DNA of 64,000 nt. Source: the human T2T-CHM13v2.0 reference genome, Homo sapiens. Where the stretch lies: assembly GCF_009914755.1 (NCBI RefSeq), contig NC_060931.1; one strand, given 5' to 3'. Shown here one piece after another: positions 1-12,519 of the stretch (within the stretch, counting starts at the first letter, position 1; every line of letters starts with the position of its first letter). The notes beneath the pieces were generated by a model. It worked only from the letters and a program-made list of their open reading frames with translations. It was not told the DNA's origin and made no database searches. Made by a program: the position numbers and the translations under genes.

Positions 1-1799
1 ACGTATCAACTCTACTCTATGAAGTTCCTAGCCTGCTATGCTGCAGCTCTAAGTCATATAAATTATTCTAAATATATTGCTGTTTTCCTAAAAAGAAAAT
101 CAAATCCAAAGAAATAGTTTCTGATACAGTAGTCACCACTCTTCTCTACTTTTACCTTCTCATATTTGTCCTATCATTCAAGGCCCACCTTCTTTGGGTC
201 CTAGTTTAAAAAGCCACCCTAAAATCTTTAGGTAGATGTGACATCACCTTTCTCAAAAATTCTACAATATTCACTTTATTTATCCAAGAATCTATTCATA
301 AAGAAATCTGACAGATGAGTTATGTGGCTTTATGTGTCTATTTTATACATAGAACGCAAGTAAGAAATAGTTAATAATGGTGCTTTTGTAAATAAAGTTT
401 GCAGAACTTATGAAAACGTACTTTCATTTAAGCTAGTTCTTAAGGGATAATAACAACGGAACAGCATTTATTCTCTTGAAATTCAAAGTTGAAGGTTAAA
501 AGAAAACAAAATTTCTGACCCATATTATGAAGATTCATAAGCACTTTGACAGCTTGATTTGACCTCAGGTGTAAACAACTTTGTTTTAGCTATGCCCAAA
601 TACATTTCTAAGAGTTTGGATTACACTTGGATTACACAATCATTTTTCAATACCACTTAATAACTATGATTTGTACATAATAACAATGCTGCTAGTAGTT
701 GTCCCATTGTCCTTTCCTGGCAATATTTCTACCATGTCACAATAACTACATATTTAAAAAAAAAAAAAGAATTTTCCAACGAACATTGTAAGTTCATTTT
801 ATTCTAAATACCAATCTATAGATCTATATATAAGTGGCCTAAGGAAATTAGCCTACTATCCTCTCCCACCCTCTCAATCAGTATCTTAAACAAAGAATTC
901 AACATATATTTTTCATGTTCACACTTTAGCAAATATTCCCATGGTATTTCCTATCACATCTACTCTCTTGAGTAAGTCTGAGGATGGAAGTGGATCATAC
1001 TCTGAGGCTGTGGAACTCAAGGGCAAGGGAAGAAAAAGGATGACTTGGAGATGTAGCTTAGGGAGCAATGAGCAAGTGTTGCTCTTGACAAGTGTAGGAG
1101 GGGAAGCAAGAAAGGCTCTGAACTGCTAAATCTCAGCAAGCTGTCAGAGAGCCAAGTCTGGATTCTCCTAAAAGTATGGACAATGAAAAAGAACCAATTG
1201 AAATTACTCAAGGATTACACTTACAACTTCATTTGGTAGAACTGATTTGATCTTCACAAACATTCAGATACAATAAGACTGAGAATGGGATACTTTCACT
1301 TATCTTTAGCTACTACTTGGTTTTAGAGTAGAAACCTCACTTTCTTTTCTGGCTGTATATACTGTGACCTGATAAGAGGACAAGGAAAATCTGGGTTTTT
1401 GTCCAAAGGAATGCAATAATTCCTCAGCCTGGTTCCTGATTCCTAGAGCCTTCCAACATATTTATTGTATGTTTCCTATCTCTTAGCTGCAGACTAACAA
1501 ATATGACCTGGATATTTTCTGATTCAGTTCTGGAATAGGTGTGGTTCAGAAGGAGATACTGTTTATGGAGATAGTATTACTCTCACAATCCTTTGTGCAC
1601 TCTTAAATGCCTTGACTGATATCTTCCTGCCCTAGCACCTAACACTAAACTCACTTTCTCTACTATATATTATAATGCACAATTCATTTATAATGAATTG
1701 ATTTATTGTAAATTTTCATTCTTATTATTTCCAAAAATAATTTTGTTTTATTAACAGGCATATTATTTGTTAATTTTTAAAAGGTGTGCCAAATAAAGC

Positions 1800-1910
1800 A
1801 CAAAATCATTCAACAATGAATAATTCTGTGCTAGCCATTGAGAATATAAAGATGAAAAATACTACATACCCAGCCTTTAGAAACTCAGAATCTGGCACAA
1901 GATGATTCAC
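1800..1910 (-). mobile_element. L2 3' fragment (degenerate)
   Basis: cattcaacaa...tgtgctagccattgagaatataaagatgaa...cagcctttagaaactcagaatct resembles the antisense L2 3' end. Confidence 0.5.
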
Positions 1911-3020
1911 ATAAGCAGTTTCACAGACTAAATGAGTCAATTGACATATTCAATAGAATGAAACTTCATTTGGCTTGCTGATGAAGACTCCAGTGGGTCA
2001 TGTTATATTTTATCTAAAGACATGTTTATGATTGCTGCAACGCTTTAAGTTACTCTAAGTTTTGGTCAACATAGTTTCCCACGCCACATTTCTCCAAGCA
2101 AGGGAAACCTGGAAATGCAGGTTTAATGACTCATTCAGGAGATGACAAGATTCCTTAAAATGTGTGGTTCCTTTAAATTTTACCCTAAGCTTGTAAAAAC
2201 TCCCAAGACCAAACTATTCTTCATATTTATCAACAGGATTTTATTTTTGCTTATCTTCATTCCCCAATTCAAGTATAAATTGTATATTTCCTTATCCTGG
2301 GTTTGACAGACTCCAGCTTTGTTACTGTTTGGAAATAGTGTGTGGATTGCCTATTTATACTGATGTTTATGTCTTGGCAATAGTGGGAGATAGTAGCTGG
2401 AGACATTCATACTTATTTGTGTCAGATAGAATTTATTGATTCTTCTATATGCTTAATTAAGATAACAGTGTTAAAGAACCTACAGATTAAAAGGAGTCAG
2501 TCTTTTAAAAATATACCAAATGCCATTTTCTTAACATTATTTTACTTTTTCAACTACCTACTCTCCAACTATAAATGGTTGTAATAATGTGCCACAGGCA
2601 GGCTACTTCATTCTTGGTAAGCACACATCATATAATATGTGATACTTAATATATACAGGCACATGAATCTCTGCTTCCATCATTCTAATTGTTTAGTACC
2701 ATTGTTTCATTCACTATTTTGTTTTACATTTTACAGATTAATTTCACATATCAAGCCTTATTTAAGTTTAAATGTATGTATTTGCTTTTTACTTAGAAAT
2801 ATTTAGTTTTTCAGGATCAAAATGTACCAATAAATGCATGCAAAGAGCACATCAATATCTTTAGCAAATTTCATTTTAAGTAATTCTTCTGTTTTGTGAA
2901 TGTTAAATTTCATGACTATTATGCCAATTTTTCCAAACTTGGTCTGCACACCTTATTCTGTGCATATTTACCCTAGTAGCCTGCCCATTTCCAAATTAAT
3001 GAAAGAGCTGTCACAAATTG

Positions 3021-3056
3021 CTAGTGCCACCTATTAGTGGAAGCATAGAACTGCAA
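3021..3056 (-). promoter_or_regulatory. Candidate CTCF site with upstream module
   Basis: Minus strand TGCAGTTCT-ATGCTT-CCA-CTAATAGGTGGCACTAG. The core has 2 mismatches to CCASYAGRKGGCRS, and the TGCAG module is at canonical spacing. Confidence 0.5.
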
Positions 3057-4703
3057 ATCATGGTAATTCCTTTATATAGTGCATTAGAAATCATGAGGGG
3101 TAAAAGTCATCCCAAGAATCACACTTGTTCTAATGTATGTTTACAACTGCTGGTCTTTTTAAAATAAACCTTCACTACAAGTGCAAAACTTATTTCAATA
3201 CTGTCATGAGTTTTGGAGATTTTACCTCTATAACTTTGTAGCAATGAATTATTTATCACATATTACTTTTTCATAAAGGTTTGACAAGAGCAATGTCTTA
3301 GTTGATTAATATGTAACTCTGTAATATCATGACTTTGTAAATAGAAGTTGTTGGATAATGATCAATTCAAAATTTATATCACTATTAGTCATTTTGGAAG
3401 ATTTTGTAAAAATCAGATTAAACATTATTCAAAATAATCCTGACTTTAGATTTTGAAATTCTTCAAAAGTTGTGAAGGTGTGGTATTTTGACTTTTGGAG
3501 CTATGATACAAAGGTGTGTCACTGGAGTTAAAATGAGAAAAATTGGGATAATTTAAAATACACAATTTCTTACAGGCAACTTAAAATTCATGATAACTTT
3601 AAAATGCAAGTTTCTTAAAATGCAAACCTGAAAACATGATAGAAAATTTAATGCCCTATACAATTATTTATTCACATTAAGCATAATAGCCTCCATAACA
3701 ACAATTTAACATTAATTTTTATTACTAGGAACATATGCAATCATATTAATTAACTCTAATTAAACGTATTCCTGAAAGATCCATGAAATACATTAAATCT
3801 TTACTATAGAATTTAAGTATAATTGACCCCAAATTATAATACATGATTTATATAATAATTAAAATCAGAAAATAAAGGAAAATTAGATATCACAGATCAA
3901 TATATCTGTTTAGTTTGCTAATATTTTAGTAAACTACGTATTTCATGTCACTGACAATAGTAGAACTCTAGAAATCAGTCACATGAAGAGAAAAAAACCC
4001 TAAAAAGTTAGAATTGGGAAAATTATCTATTCAGTATTCATATTTATTTAAGTTGTTAGTGACTGAATATCATTATTAAAGCTGGTGAGTTAGAGGCTTA
4101 CATGAATTTGTTTTGCGGTCTCAGTTATTTTCTTGATTGCTAAAGTCTACACTGTATAAATTCTTTCAAAGGTCAATCTGGTTGTCAGCTTTAAGCAGAG
4201 AATCCACAAATTGGAGATTTTTACAAGCCCTCATCTGATCTGACCAGCATTGAATCACAAGATGTGTGACTAAGTGTTTTATTTTATGTTCATTTTACAT
4301 TATTTGCCAGGGTATACTTGTTGAATAGATGAATAAAAAGTTCTAGTTTTCAGTGTGTTTAAATTCAAGATTTCAGCATCAAAACATGATTTATAAGGTT
4401 AATAGAATTTGAGAAGAAAAGGTCATCCAAAGTCCTGGTGACAAATATACAGTGAGTATTTGAGAAAAGTCATTGCAAATAATTGATAACTTCTTTGCTC
4501 TATGCATGTGTGTATGTATGTGTGTGAGTGTGTGGGTATGTCTTCCCCCCACAACTCCCACATATGTTTCCTAAAAACATTCCATTTTAGCTGTGAGCAG
4601 ATTTTTAGGGTAAGACTAGCCCTATCTTATACTATTATGTGAATGTTCAGGACATCCATGAAAACTTTTCATGGGACACAAAAGACAACACCCACTCTAT
4701 TAT

Positions 4704-4755
4704 TTATATATATATATGTATATATATAATATATATACACACACACATATATATA
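4704..4755. repeat. (TA)n/(CA)n compound microsatellite
   Basis: Direct reading. Confidence 0.85.
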
Positions 4756-4962
4756 ATTTAAAATATCAATGTCATTTTAAACCAACAATTTACGAAGAAT
4801 TGTATTGTGATTCAGAACTTGTAGATTGCTGAGGTTATTTTCACAATTATAAAATGAAGTTATTTTCTGAATTATAAAATCATAAAATGAAGTTATATTT
4901 CCTATGTATTGAAATATATGGTATATGTATACCTATGTGTACACATAAATGTATTGGTATAT

Positions 4963-4983
4963 ACACACACACACACACACACA
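4963..4983. repeat. (CA)n microsatellite
   Basis: Direct reading. Confidence 0.9.
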
Positions 4984-7900
4984 AATACTGCTCTGGTGAA
5001 AGTAAAGAAAATCTTAAAGGAAAGACAAGAAGTTTAATTAGAAAATCATTCATATTAATTAATTTTTGAACTAATTGTAATTTATTGAACAAAAGGTAAA
5101 GAACTTTTGCAAATTTTACCTCAGAAATTTTAACTAAATAAAATGATCTTCTCTTGTCACACATATACATATGAGAATTTTTATTTAATTGATAACCTCA
5201 TTCTTATAATAATACCTTGACTCTGAAAAAAAAAAAAAACAACTTTAGAAAATAGAAAAAAGAAAGCTTTCAGAAGGCCTACCACTTTTTAAAGTGCTAT
5301 TTACTAAGTCCTTCCTATGAAGTTAAGGTTAAAATCATTGATTTAACCTTTGGATTCACAGGATCACCATCACATTGAGACTTGCATGTGTCTTTGATTT
5401 CTACCAAAACTGAAGCACATAGTGTCCTGGAATAGCCCCTTACATTGGATGATGGAATATTTGTCATTTGTTTAAAACCCAAACCCTAATTATTTTCTTG
5501 TGATTCATGCAGGTTTTTCTGAAGACTTCATTGTATCACATATCCCAAATGGAAGATTATATGATTTTCCTGTATTTCATGAGAAAAGTGAAATTTGACT
5601 AGTTTTGTAGAAGAAATAAACATTTATGCATGGACCACTTTTTAAAAGAAGGATTTTACCATTTAGCTATATTACATATATTTAAAGAAGACAAAAGTAT
5701 TTCTGAGTAAATGTTTCTTAAGGATAATTTCTATGTAACTGCTGAGATTTACAGAGTTCTCACATTTTCTTCCCCCATAAGGATTCTAAATCAAATTGGT
5801 TCAGAGGAAAAGCCAGCATACCCCATTTTTCTAATATTATCACTTCTCCAGATGGTCCTGAACACATCTATTCAATTCCTTTTTCCTAGAAAGTAAAGAG
5901 GTATCTTATTAGATATGTACACCCGCTACAAAGGCCACTTTCCTGTTTTTACTTCTTTTTAACATGTCAAGTCTCTTTCATCTCCTACCAGGCAAAAATG
6001 ATAAGTAGAAAGTAAGCACAGTGATTGCCAGAAACTTCATCTTGGCAACCTGAGCAATGAGAGAGTTAATGGTGGATCTTTGAAAACAAGTGACCATGGG
6101 AAATTAAGGTTGGCAGGGATTTAACTCTTCATGAATCATGCTGGAATATTTTTAAGGGCAATGCAGTGGATGTTTTAACTGTGTTTGACATCTAATTAAG
6201 GAGAAACAAGAAGTAGCTTTAAAAAAATCTCTATTGTACTTTAGAAACAAAGTACTGGCAATTGGCTACCACATACTTGCTTTGGCCAAACAAACGTACA
6301 TGTAGAGACAAAAAGGTAATGACAGATTAATAAAATAACAGAAAAAAATTTCCTCAGGCCATTCCTTTTATTCTTCTTCCTGTTGTTCATTTCACAGTTT
6401 ATTTTACCAAATTATTAAGCTCTAGGTGTATCAATGGGATTGTTATGTAGCTGTAAAGCAGTTTTTTACTTAAAGGAAAGCAGAATAATTCTAATGGATG
6501 CCATCACTAAAACAAGGCTTATAAAGACAATATCAAATATATACACCTTGCTAATATATACTGCTTGCTTCATCAGATAGGTTTAAGGCATATGTGTACA
6601 ACAAAGGATATTCAAATTAAATGTAATCTTTTTAATGTACAGAAAGAACAAGTGCCTCCTCTATCATGGAGAGTAACCTATTATCATGGAAATAAAATTC
6701 TTGCAAAATAAAAAAGTTTAATTCCCTATTTTTATTTTATTTTAAAATGAATTTAGCACTTAGATATATTCAAGCCTAGCAGATTTTTAAAATATATTTC
6801 ATGATTTTAAACTTGTTAAACTAAAAGTATTACAAACAGCCAGTCACATCTTTGAGAACTAAAGTTGCATGTAAAACTTATAGGGAACATAAACTTGGAT
6901 AAAGTGGACCATCAACTTAGACTTATTTGATGTCACCTTGTCAAGGAGTGAAAACAGAAAGCAAAACTGATAAAAACACAGACACCATAATATCATATAC
7001 TATGGAAATAATTTAAAGACAGTTACTAAATTAATTAAATAACGCTATATGATTTTTTAAAACTTACATAAGTACAATTGCACTTCTGTTTGTTGATGTT
7101 TAAGTCTCTATTCCCAACTTGATACTCAGGAAAACATTACACCAAAAAGTAAATAGATATTCTAATTCAATGCATTTCATTTAACGAGCACTAAGTCCAA
7201 AGAAACACATTACTAGGTGTTTAATTTTCTAATTCAAAGTGTGAAAATTACATCTCTCTTCTGATTTGAGATCCTCATTCACACTAGGGCATTCAGAAAA
7301 AGATGTTCCCCATCATATGAGAATTAAAGAATATGTTTTGTGGCATAAGAGCAAGGTACAGTAGACAGACATCTCTACAAATACCTTCAATAATTTTTAT
7401 TTTAACTTATAGGCTAAAAAATAAGCTTAATTAGAGCTTCTCACTGCTCCACCCCCAATTTTAGAAATCTGAGAATCATAAGAAATCAACACCTTAGGGA
7501 GTAAAACTACTTGAGTTAAAACAGTTTAATCTTCAACTCCATTTTAATAATACCTGAGTTATAGAAAGATTTACTGCCACTAAATGTATGTATATCATTT
7601 TGGGCTCTACTTTAGCATTACTTTACACATCATCTATCTATAAGACCTATCTAAGCAAATGTGGAACAAACATAAAAAATCCTCAATAAAAATAAGCACA
7701 TACATTAAATTGTAACCAAATAAAGCACTAGTGATAAAGCTCTTTTTTCTCTCTTTAATTTATACTTTTCAAAAGAGAAGTTTACACAACTACCTATGCA
7801 AGCAGACAGTAATGTGTCTGCAGTTCTCACTGAAGTACATATAGAATTAAATAACATAATATTTCAAAGACTTTAGCTTTACACAATTAGCCAAATACAG

Positions 7901-8471
7901 TCTTTTGTACAATCATAAGGCACTGTGGAAAAACTAGTCTGTTCCATCCAGTTTATGTTCTCTTGGCAAACCATGATCTACTGCTTATGTTAAGCATCTG
8001 ATTGTCAGATTTGAACAAACTGAATATTCATGATGACGATTAACCATTTCATGTCTAAAACTAAGAAAATGCAATTCATCATAGTAATTATAGGTAAGGC
8101 ATGCACATCTACAAAGAGACCATTTTTGCATTTCTATTTTTAAGAAAATATTTTAATAGAATTAAAGTCGGAAAAATTAACAGGCATAAGATAGGATAAT
8201 AAGATATACAGATCAGCGTGTACCAGGCATACAGCTCTTTTCAGCAAATGTGATTAAATGTTCTTTGTTTGCATTTAAGTTGTCATATATCAAACAGAAG
8301 ACATGCTTTTTACAAAAAGCGTTTAAAGCATCTCAGAAAGATACACATAATCACGTCGGTTTACCAGGTTAAACTAAAGGTTTGATGATTTGGGGTTGGG
8401 AGGGAGTTCAAGGAATTAAGGGGGGGGCGGTTATTACAAAGCTAACCAAATAAAAGAAAAATAAGATTTAC

Positions 8472-8583
8472 CTTTGTAGGATAATTTCAGCCTTGGCACA
8501 TTGTTCTTCCCATTCTGATAGTTTGCTCTTGCTGTAAGTAATACTCCCCAGAAAAGACAGACAATCCTAGTTAACCAGCCCAT
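8472..8583 (-). CDS. SEMA3A: Semaphorin-3A first coding exon (signal peptide and start of mature chain), 112 nt, phase-1 donor
   Basis: The reverse complement from the ATG at 8583 reads MGWLTRIVCLFWGVLLTARANYQNGKNNVPRLKLSYK+G, which I recognise as the human SEMA3A N-terminus. Kozak context is agcATGG. It is followed by the donor AAG|GTAAAT at 8471. Confidence 0.98.
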
Positions 8584-8665
8584 GCTGCAGACGCTGTAGG
8601 TCCCTTTGCTGCTTTAGTCTTCCTTCCTGTATTGTGCGGCCAGAGAAGTTCAAACAATCTGGAAA

Positions 8666-8695
8666 CTGGAGGTAACAGGTGATTTAGGTCAGTTT
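8666..8695 (-). promoter_or_regulatory. SEMA3A: Internal 3' splice acceptor in the 5'UTR (exon would begin at 8665 = c.-82)
   Basis: Minus strand reads aaaCTGACctaaatcacctgttacctcCAG|tttccag: a branch-point consensus, a pyrimidine-rich stretch and CAG. This agrees with my unverified recollection that SEMA3A isoforms with upstream non-coding exons join at c.-82. Confidence 0.65.
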
Positions 8696-8698
8696 CAT
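8684..8698 (-). other. Short uORF (M-K-L-T-stop)
   Basis: ATGAAACTGACCTAA, weak context. Confidence 0.45.
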
Positions 8699-8714
8699 TC
8701 ATAAATGCAGACAA

Positions 8715-8726
8715 TCAAGACCTCAT
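8715..8726 (-). other. Minimal uORF (M-R-S-stop)
   Basis: gccATGAGGTCTTGA, with a purine at -3. Confidence 0.6.
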
Positions 8727-9001
8727 GGCAACACTAACACCTCTTCTTCTGTAACAGTCACTGAAGCACAGAAACTTCAAACCCTCCAAAAAGAAAAAAA
8801 AAAAAAAAAATTCCGAGCCAGGCACCGGATAATGAGGCACAACTGTTGTGTGGAAAGAAAAAAAAAAAAAATTAACAAGGTCTGCTGCAGTGGTGCTTAA
8901 GAAGCAGTTCCTTTTATCTAAGCTCCTCTGATAGCCGGTGGCAGTCTCTAATCCTGCTCCCTGCTTCATTCGGCTCCGGGGAAGCAGAATGAAAGGGAAA
9001 C

Positions 9002-9048
<47 letters not shown>
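9002..9048. repeat. (GA)n promoter microsatellite
   Basis: About 47-nt homopurine tract with one interruption. Confidence 0.95.
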
Positions 9049-9052
<4 letters not shown>

Positions 9053-9132
9053 GTGAGCAGCGCGGACTTTTCCTGTACGCATGTAGAGGGAGATGACACA
9101 AGATCCCACAGACAGGTTTCCCCAACACTCAC

Positions 9133-9277
9133 TAGACTGGCTGACAATGGGAGAACAGGCGAGCTCAACCTACTCCCCTTCCCTCCTGTCACACAACACA
9201 TGCAAAAAACATCTCGTAGAGATTAGAGCCGGGAGCAGAACCCTCAGGCGTGCCTGTGAAAGGCATGTAGCTATAAA
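9133..9277 (-). other. SEMA3A: Candidate alternative non-coding first exon
   Basis: TATAAAA at 9307-9301 predicts a start near 9277. Donor CTA|GTGAGT at 9132-9127. Confidence 0.5.
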
Positions 9278-9409
9278 TTTACTTCCCAAGGCAAGCGTTG
9301 TTTTATAGCCATTTTTGGGTGCAATTTTGATTTTAAAAATCTGAATTCTGCTACCTACAAAATTTACAATTCATGCTCATTATACAATCCTGCTGAACTT
9401 GTGCATTGT

Positions 9410-9410
9410 A

Positions 9411-9442
<32 letters not shown>
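9410..9442. repeat. (TG)n microsatellite
   Basis: Direct reading. Alternating purine-pyrimidine. Confidence 0.95.
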
Positions 9443-9443
<1 letters not shown>

Positions 9444-10346
9444 CTATATATCCTCATCAATACAACTTTAACCACTGAAGGTTTTAAAGCCTTGTTAGAG
9501 ATCATTCCCTCCTCCCAACAAACCCCCTGGGCTCAACCACCCCCTTCCTCTGTCCCACTGCAATTTCAGGGAAGAAATTCCTACTAAAGCCCATTCCAAC
9601 AATCAGTTCAAGACAAATATAGGTCCTTTGAGAATTATAAATTACAACGGGGGATTCTCAAAAGGATACTCAGAATTTAAAAACGTCTATGGTTTTCCAG
9701 CTTCTGGAATGCTCTGGCTAACATTTTCAATGCATCACATCTCATTAATTAAAGACACTTCCCTAGTTTTGGTTTAAAGGGCAGCGGAAGATGACAAAGT
9801 TCACAAAAGTCCCTGCTGAGTGTCAAGGAGTAACATGAAAAGAATATCTCTGTGTCTTCATGAGCTGCTGAAGGGTTACTAAATTTTCTGTGGGACGTAT
9901 AGGCATGTATTCAGGCAGTCATATGAACACCATTAGTTCCTTCTGAAACAAGTAGTTGGCTGTGGCCTCTCAATTTTCTCTCTTATTTTTCATTCAGTTT
10001 TCCTCAAAGCTGATATTTTTACAAGAATCTTTAGGGGATGTATAAAAAAGTTAACAGGACAGAACTTTCTCTCCTTTATTCCCCAAATGATTCTGCCCTA
10101 CCCCCTCCTACCACCACTCCCCACCCCCCACCTCCAGAACAGCACTTGGAATCCAGAGACTCAACTTCAATAGTAGGGAAACTTCTTGGCTGAAGGGAGA
10201 GAGTGAGTCTCACAATTAAAAACATAAACACCTACTGAAAGTGGCTTAGTATTCTTAAGAAAATGATCTAAGCATTGTCACTACAGCTTTCATTACTTAA
10301 TGTCCACAGACCAATAGAGAAAGCACAGCGCTCGCTCGCTCTGCTT

Positions 10347-10378
<32 letters not shown>

Positions 10379-10385
10379 CCTCTCT
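10347..10385. repeat. (CT)n microsatellite
   Basis: Direct reading. Confidence 0.95.
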
Positions 10386-11697
10386 GCCGTTGGATGTGTG
10401 GCTTGTGTGAATGTAGGTGGAGAAGGAGGAAGAGGAGGATTTAAAGAGGGGGAGAATGGGGAAAAGGGAGTAGGAATTCTCTCTCTACTTCACTAGATTG
10501 ACTCATCAAACAGATCTTATTGTATTTGTCAGTTTCCTCAAGCCTATTGATCAGCCAGTATTGTTAAGAAAATAAAATCCAAAAATAATGTTGATTTTAC
10601 TGATTCCCACACTTGTTATACTAGGCACTTTCACGCTCTAGGCAATGGATTAAGGCTACAAATGACAAGAGGCTTGTCTGTCTTCCATGGATTACTCTCT
10701 ATAGACATTCATTCTGCAGAGGAATTCATGTCGCTTTGGGATTATTTCAAGGATTGGACTAATGAATTATCCTATTGAAATCTCACATATAATTAGTTTA
10801 AATGCTTTAAGTAGTTTTACCATTTTCATTAGTATATATTTTATATGTCTTAAAATATATTTATATTTTTACTCTTGTTTTCTAGAATAGAAGAGCAAGT
10901 TTTTGTCAAAACTAAACAGGATAATAAAATTTATAAGTGTATCCATTTCACCTGTGTAATGTCTAATCCTAAAACATTTTTATATGCTCCAAATAAAACA
11001 AAAGGCTGTAAGTAAATTTAGATAAAAGAGGGTCAAAAATGGCTCCATGGGGGAAGAAAAACATAAAATCTGGATTTTGAACCACAAAATCAGGACAAAG
11101 TTATTTCATTTCATAAAATGAATAATTTAAATTAATGTTGACACATGGAAGTTGGTAGCACAGACACCTCCATATACACACGATTTTTTATAAACTATGA
11201 TATGATTATTTATATTTGATATTTTTCTTATCCTCCAAATTATTTATGATCTTCCTGTTTTTCCAGATGTTTAAAAGTTTCATAGGTTTGCATTTATATT
11301 TGCTTTTCTGCAGATTTTTTATTTAAGAAATGTAAAAATAGTATATTCTTCAGGCAAACTAACTGTCCTAGACTGATTAAATTATAAAATACTAGAAATG
11401 TCTGGCCACACACAGATAATTCAAATGTTAAATAAAAAATGAAAGAAGAAAGTAAATGCCTGAAAAATACTCACAAAAGCATTTGGAATATTATATTTCT
11501 ACTGCCTTCTCATTCGACTTTGCTCAGAGTTGAATAAAATTGTTTAACTTTTTTTTTCTTAATATCCCCAAATACCTGAGGATAATCAAACTTCAACTTA
11601 TTTCTCAACTAAAGTAGAAGCAAGGTATGGGTGGACCTGGATGGGCGGTGTCAGAATCTATCGGAATCTGGCTGCATGTGTACAATGCAGATTTTAA

Positions 11698-12042
<345 letters not shown>

Positions 12043-12060
12043 TGAGAATCTGTGGCCTAA

Positions 12061-12519
<459 letters not shown>

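Larger units (their letters stand above)
1..8471 (-). other. SEMA3A: SEMA3A intron following the first coding exon (5' part only)
   Basis: Begins with GTAAAT at 8471. No continuation of the sema-domain reading frame was recognised before the window edge. Confidence 0.9.
8571..8702 (-). other. Overlapping upstream ORF, 43 aa, out of frame with SEMA3A
   Basis: ATG at 8702 reads MNETDLNHLLPPVSRLFELLWPHNTGRKTKAAKGPTASAAWAG and stops at TAA 8573-8571, past the main ATG (offset 119 nt). Weak context tttATGa. Translation is unproven. Confidence 0.6.
8584..8898 (-). other. SEMA3A: SEMA3A 5'UTR of the proximal first exon (~315 nt) with two U-rich tracts
   Basis: Contiguous with the ATG. The 5' end (AAGCACCACTGCAGCAGACC, 8898) is recalled from the reference mRNA and not derived from the sequence. 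Plus-strand A tracts lie at ~8788-8810 and ~8854-8871. Confidence 0.75.
8899..9320 (-). promoter_or_regulatory. SEMA3A: SEMA3A proximal promoter region (not a CpG island; modest CpG enrichment)
   Basis: Directly upstream of exon 1. Contains minus-strand GATAAAA at 8918-8912, a (GA)n tract, a local CpG rise and minus-strand TATAAAA at 9307-9301. Confidence 0.7.

Noticed and set aside
8715-9201. ORFs of 137 and 95 aa over the promoter
   Set aside because: They are kept open by (CT)n and poly-T tracts (SLSLSL, FFFF) and have non-ATG starts. Only the terminal MRS uORF is retained.
9246-9270. p53/p63-like element AGGCGTGCCT-N5-AGGCATGTAG
   Set aside because: The 5-nt spacer and imperfect second half-site make it too weak without binding data.
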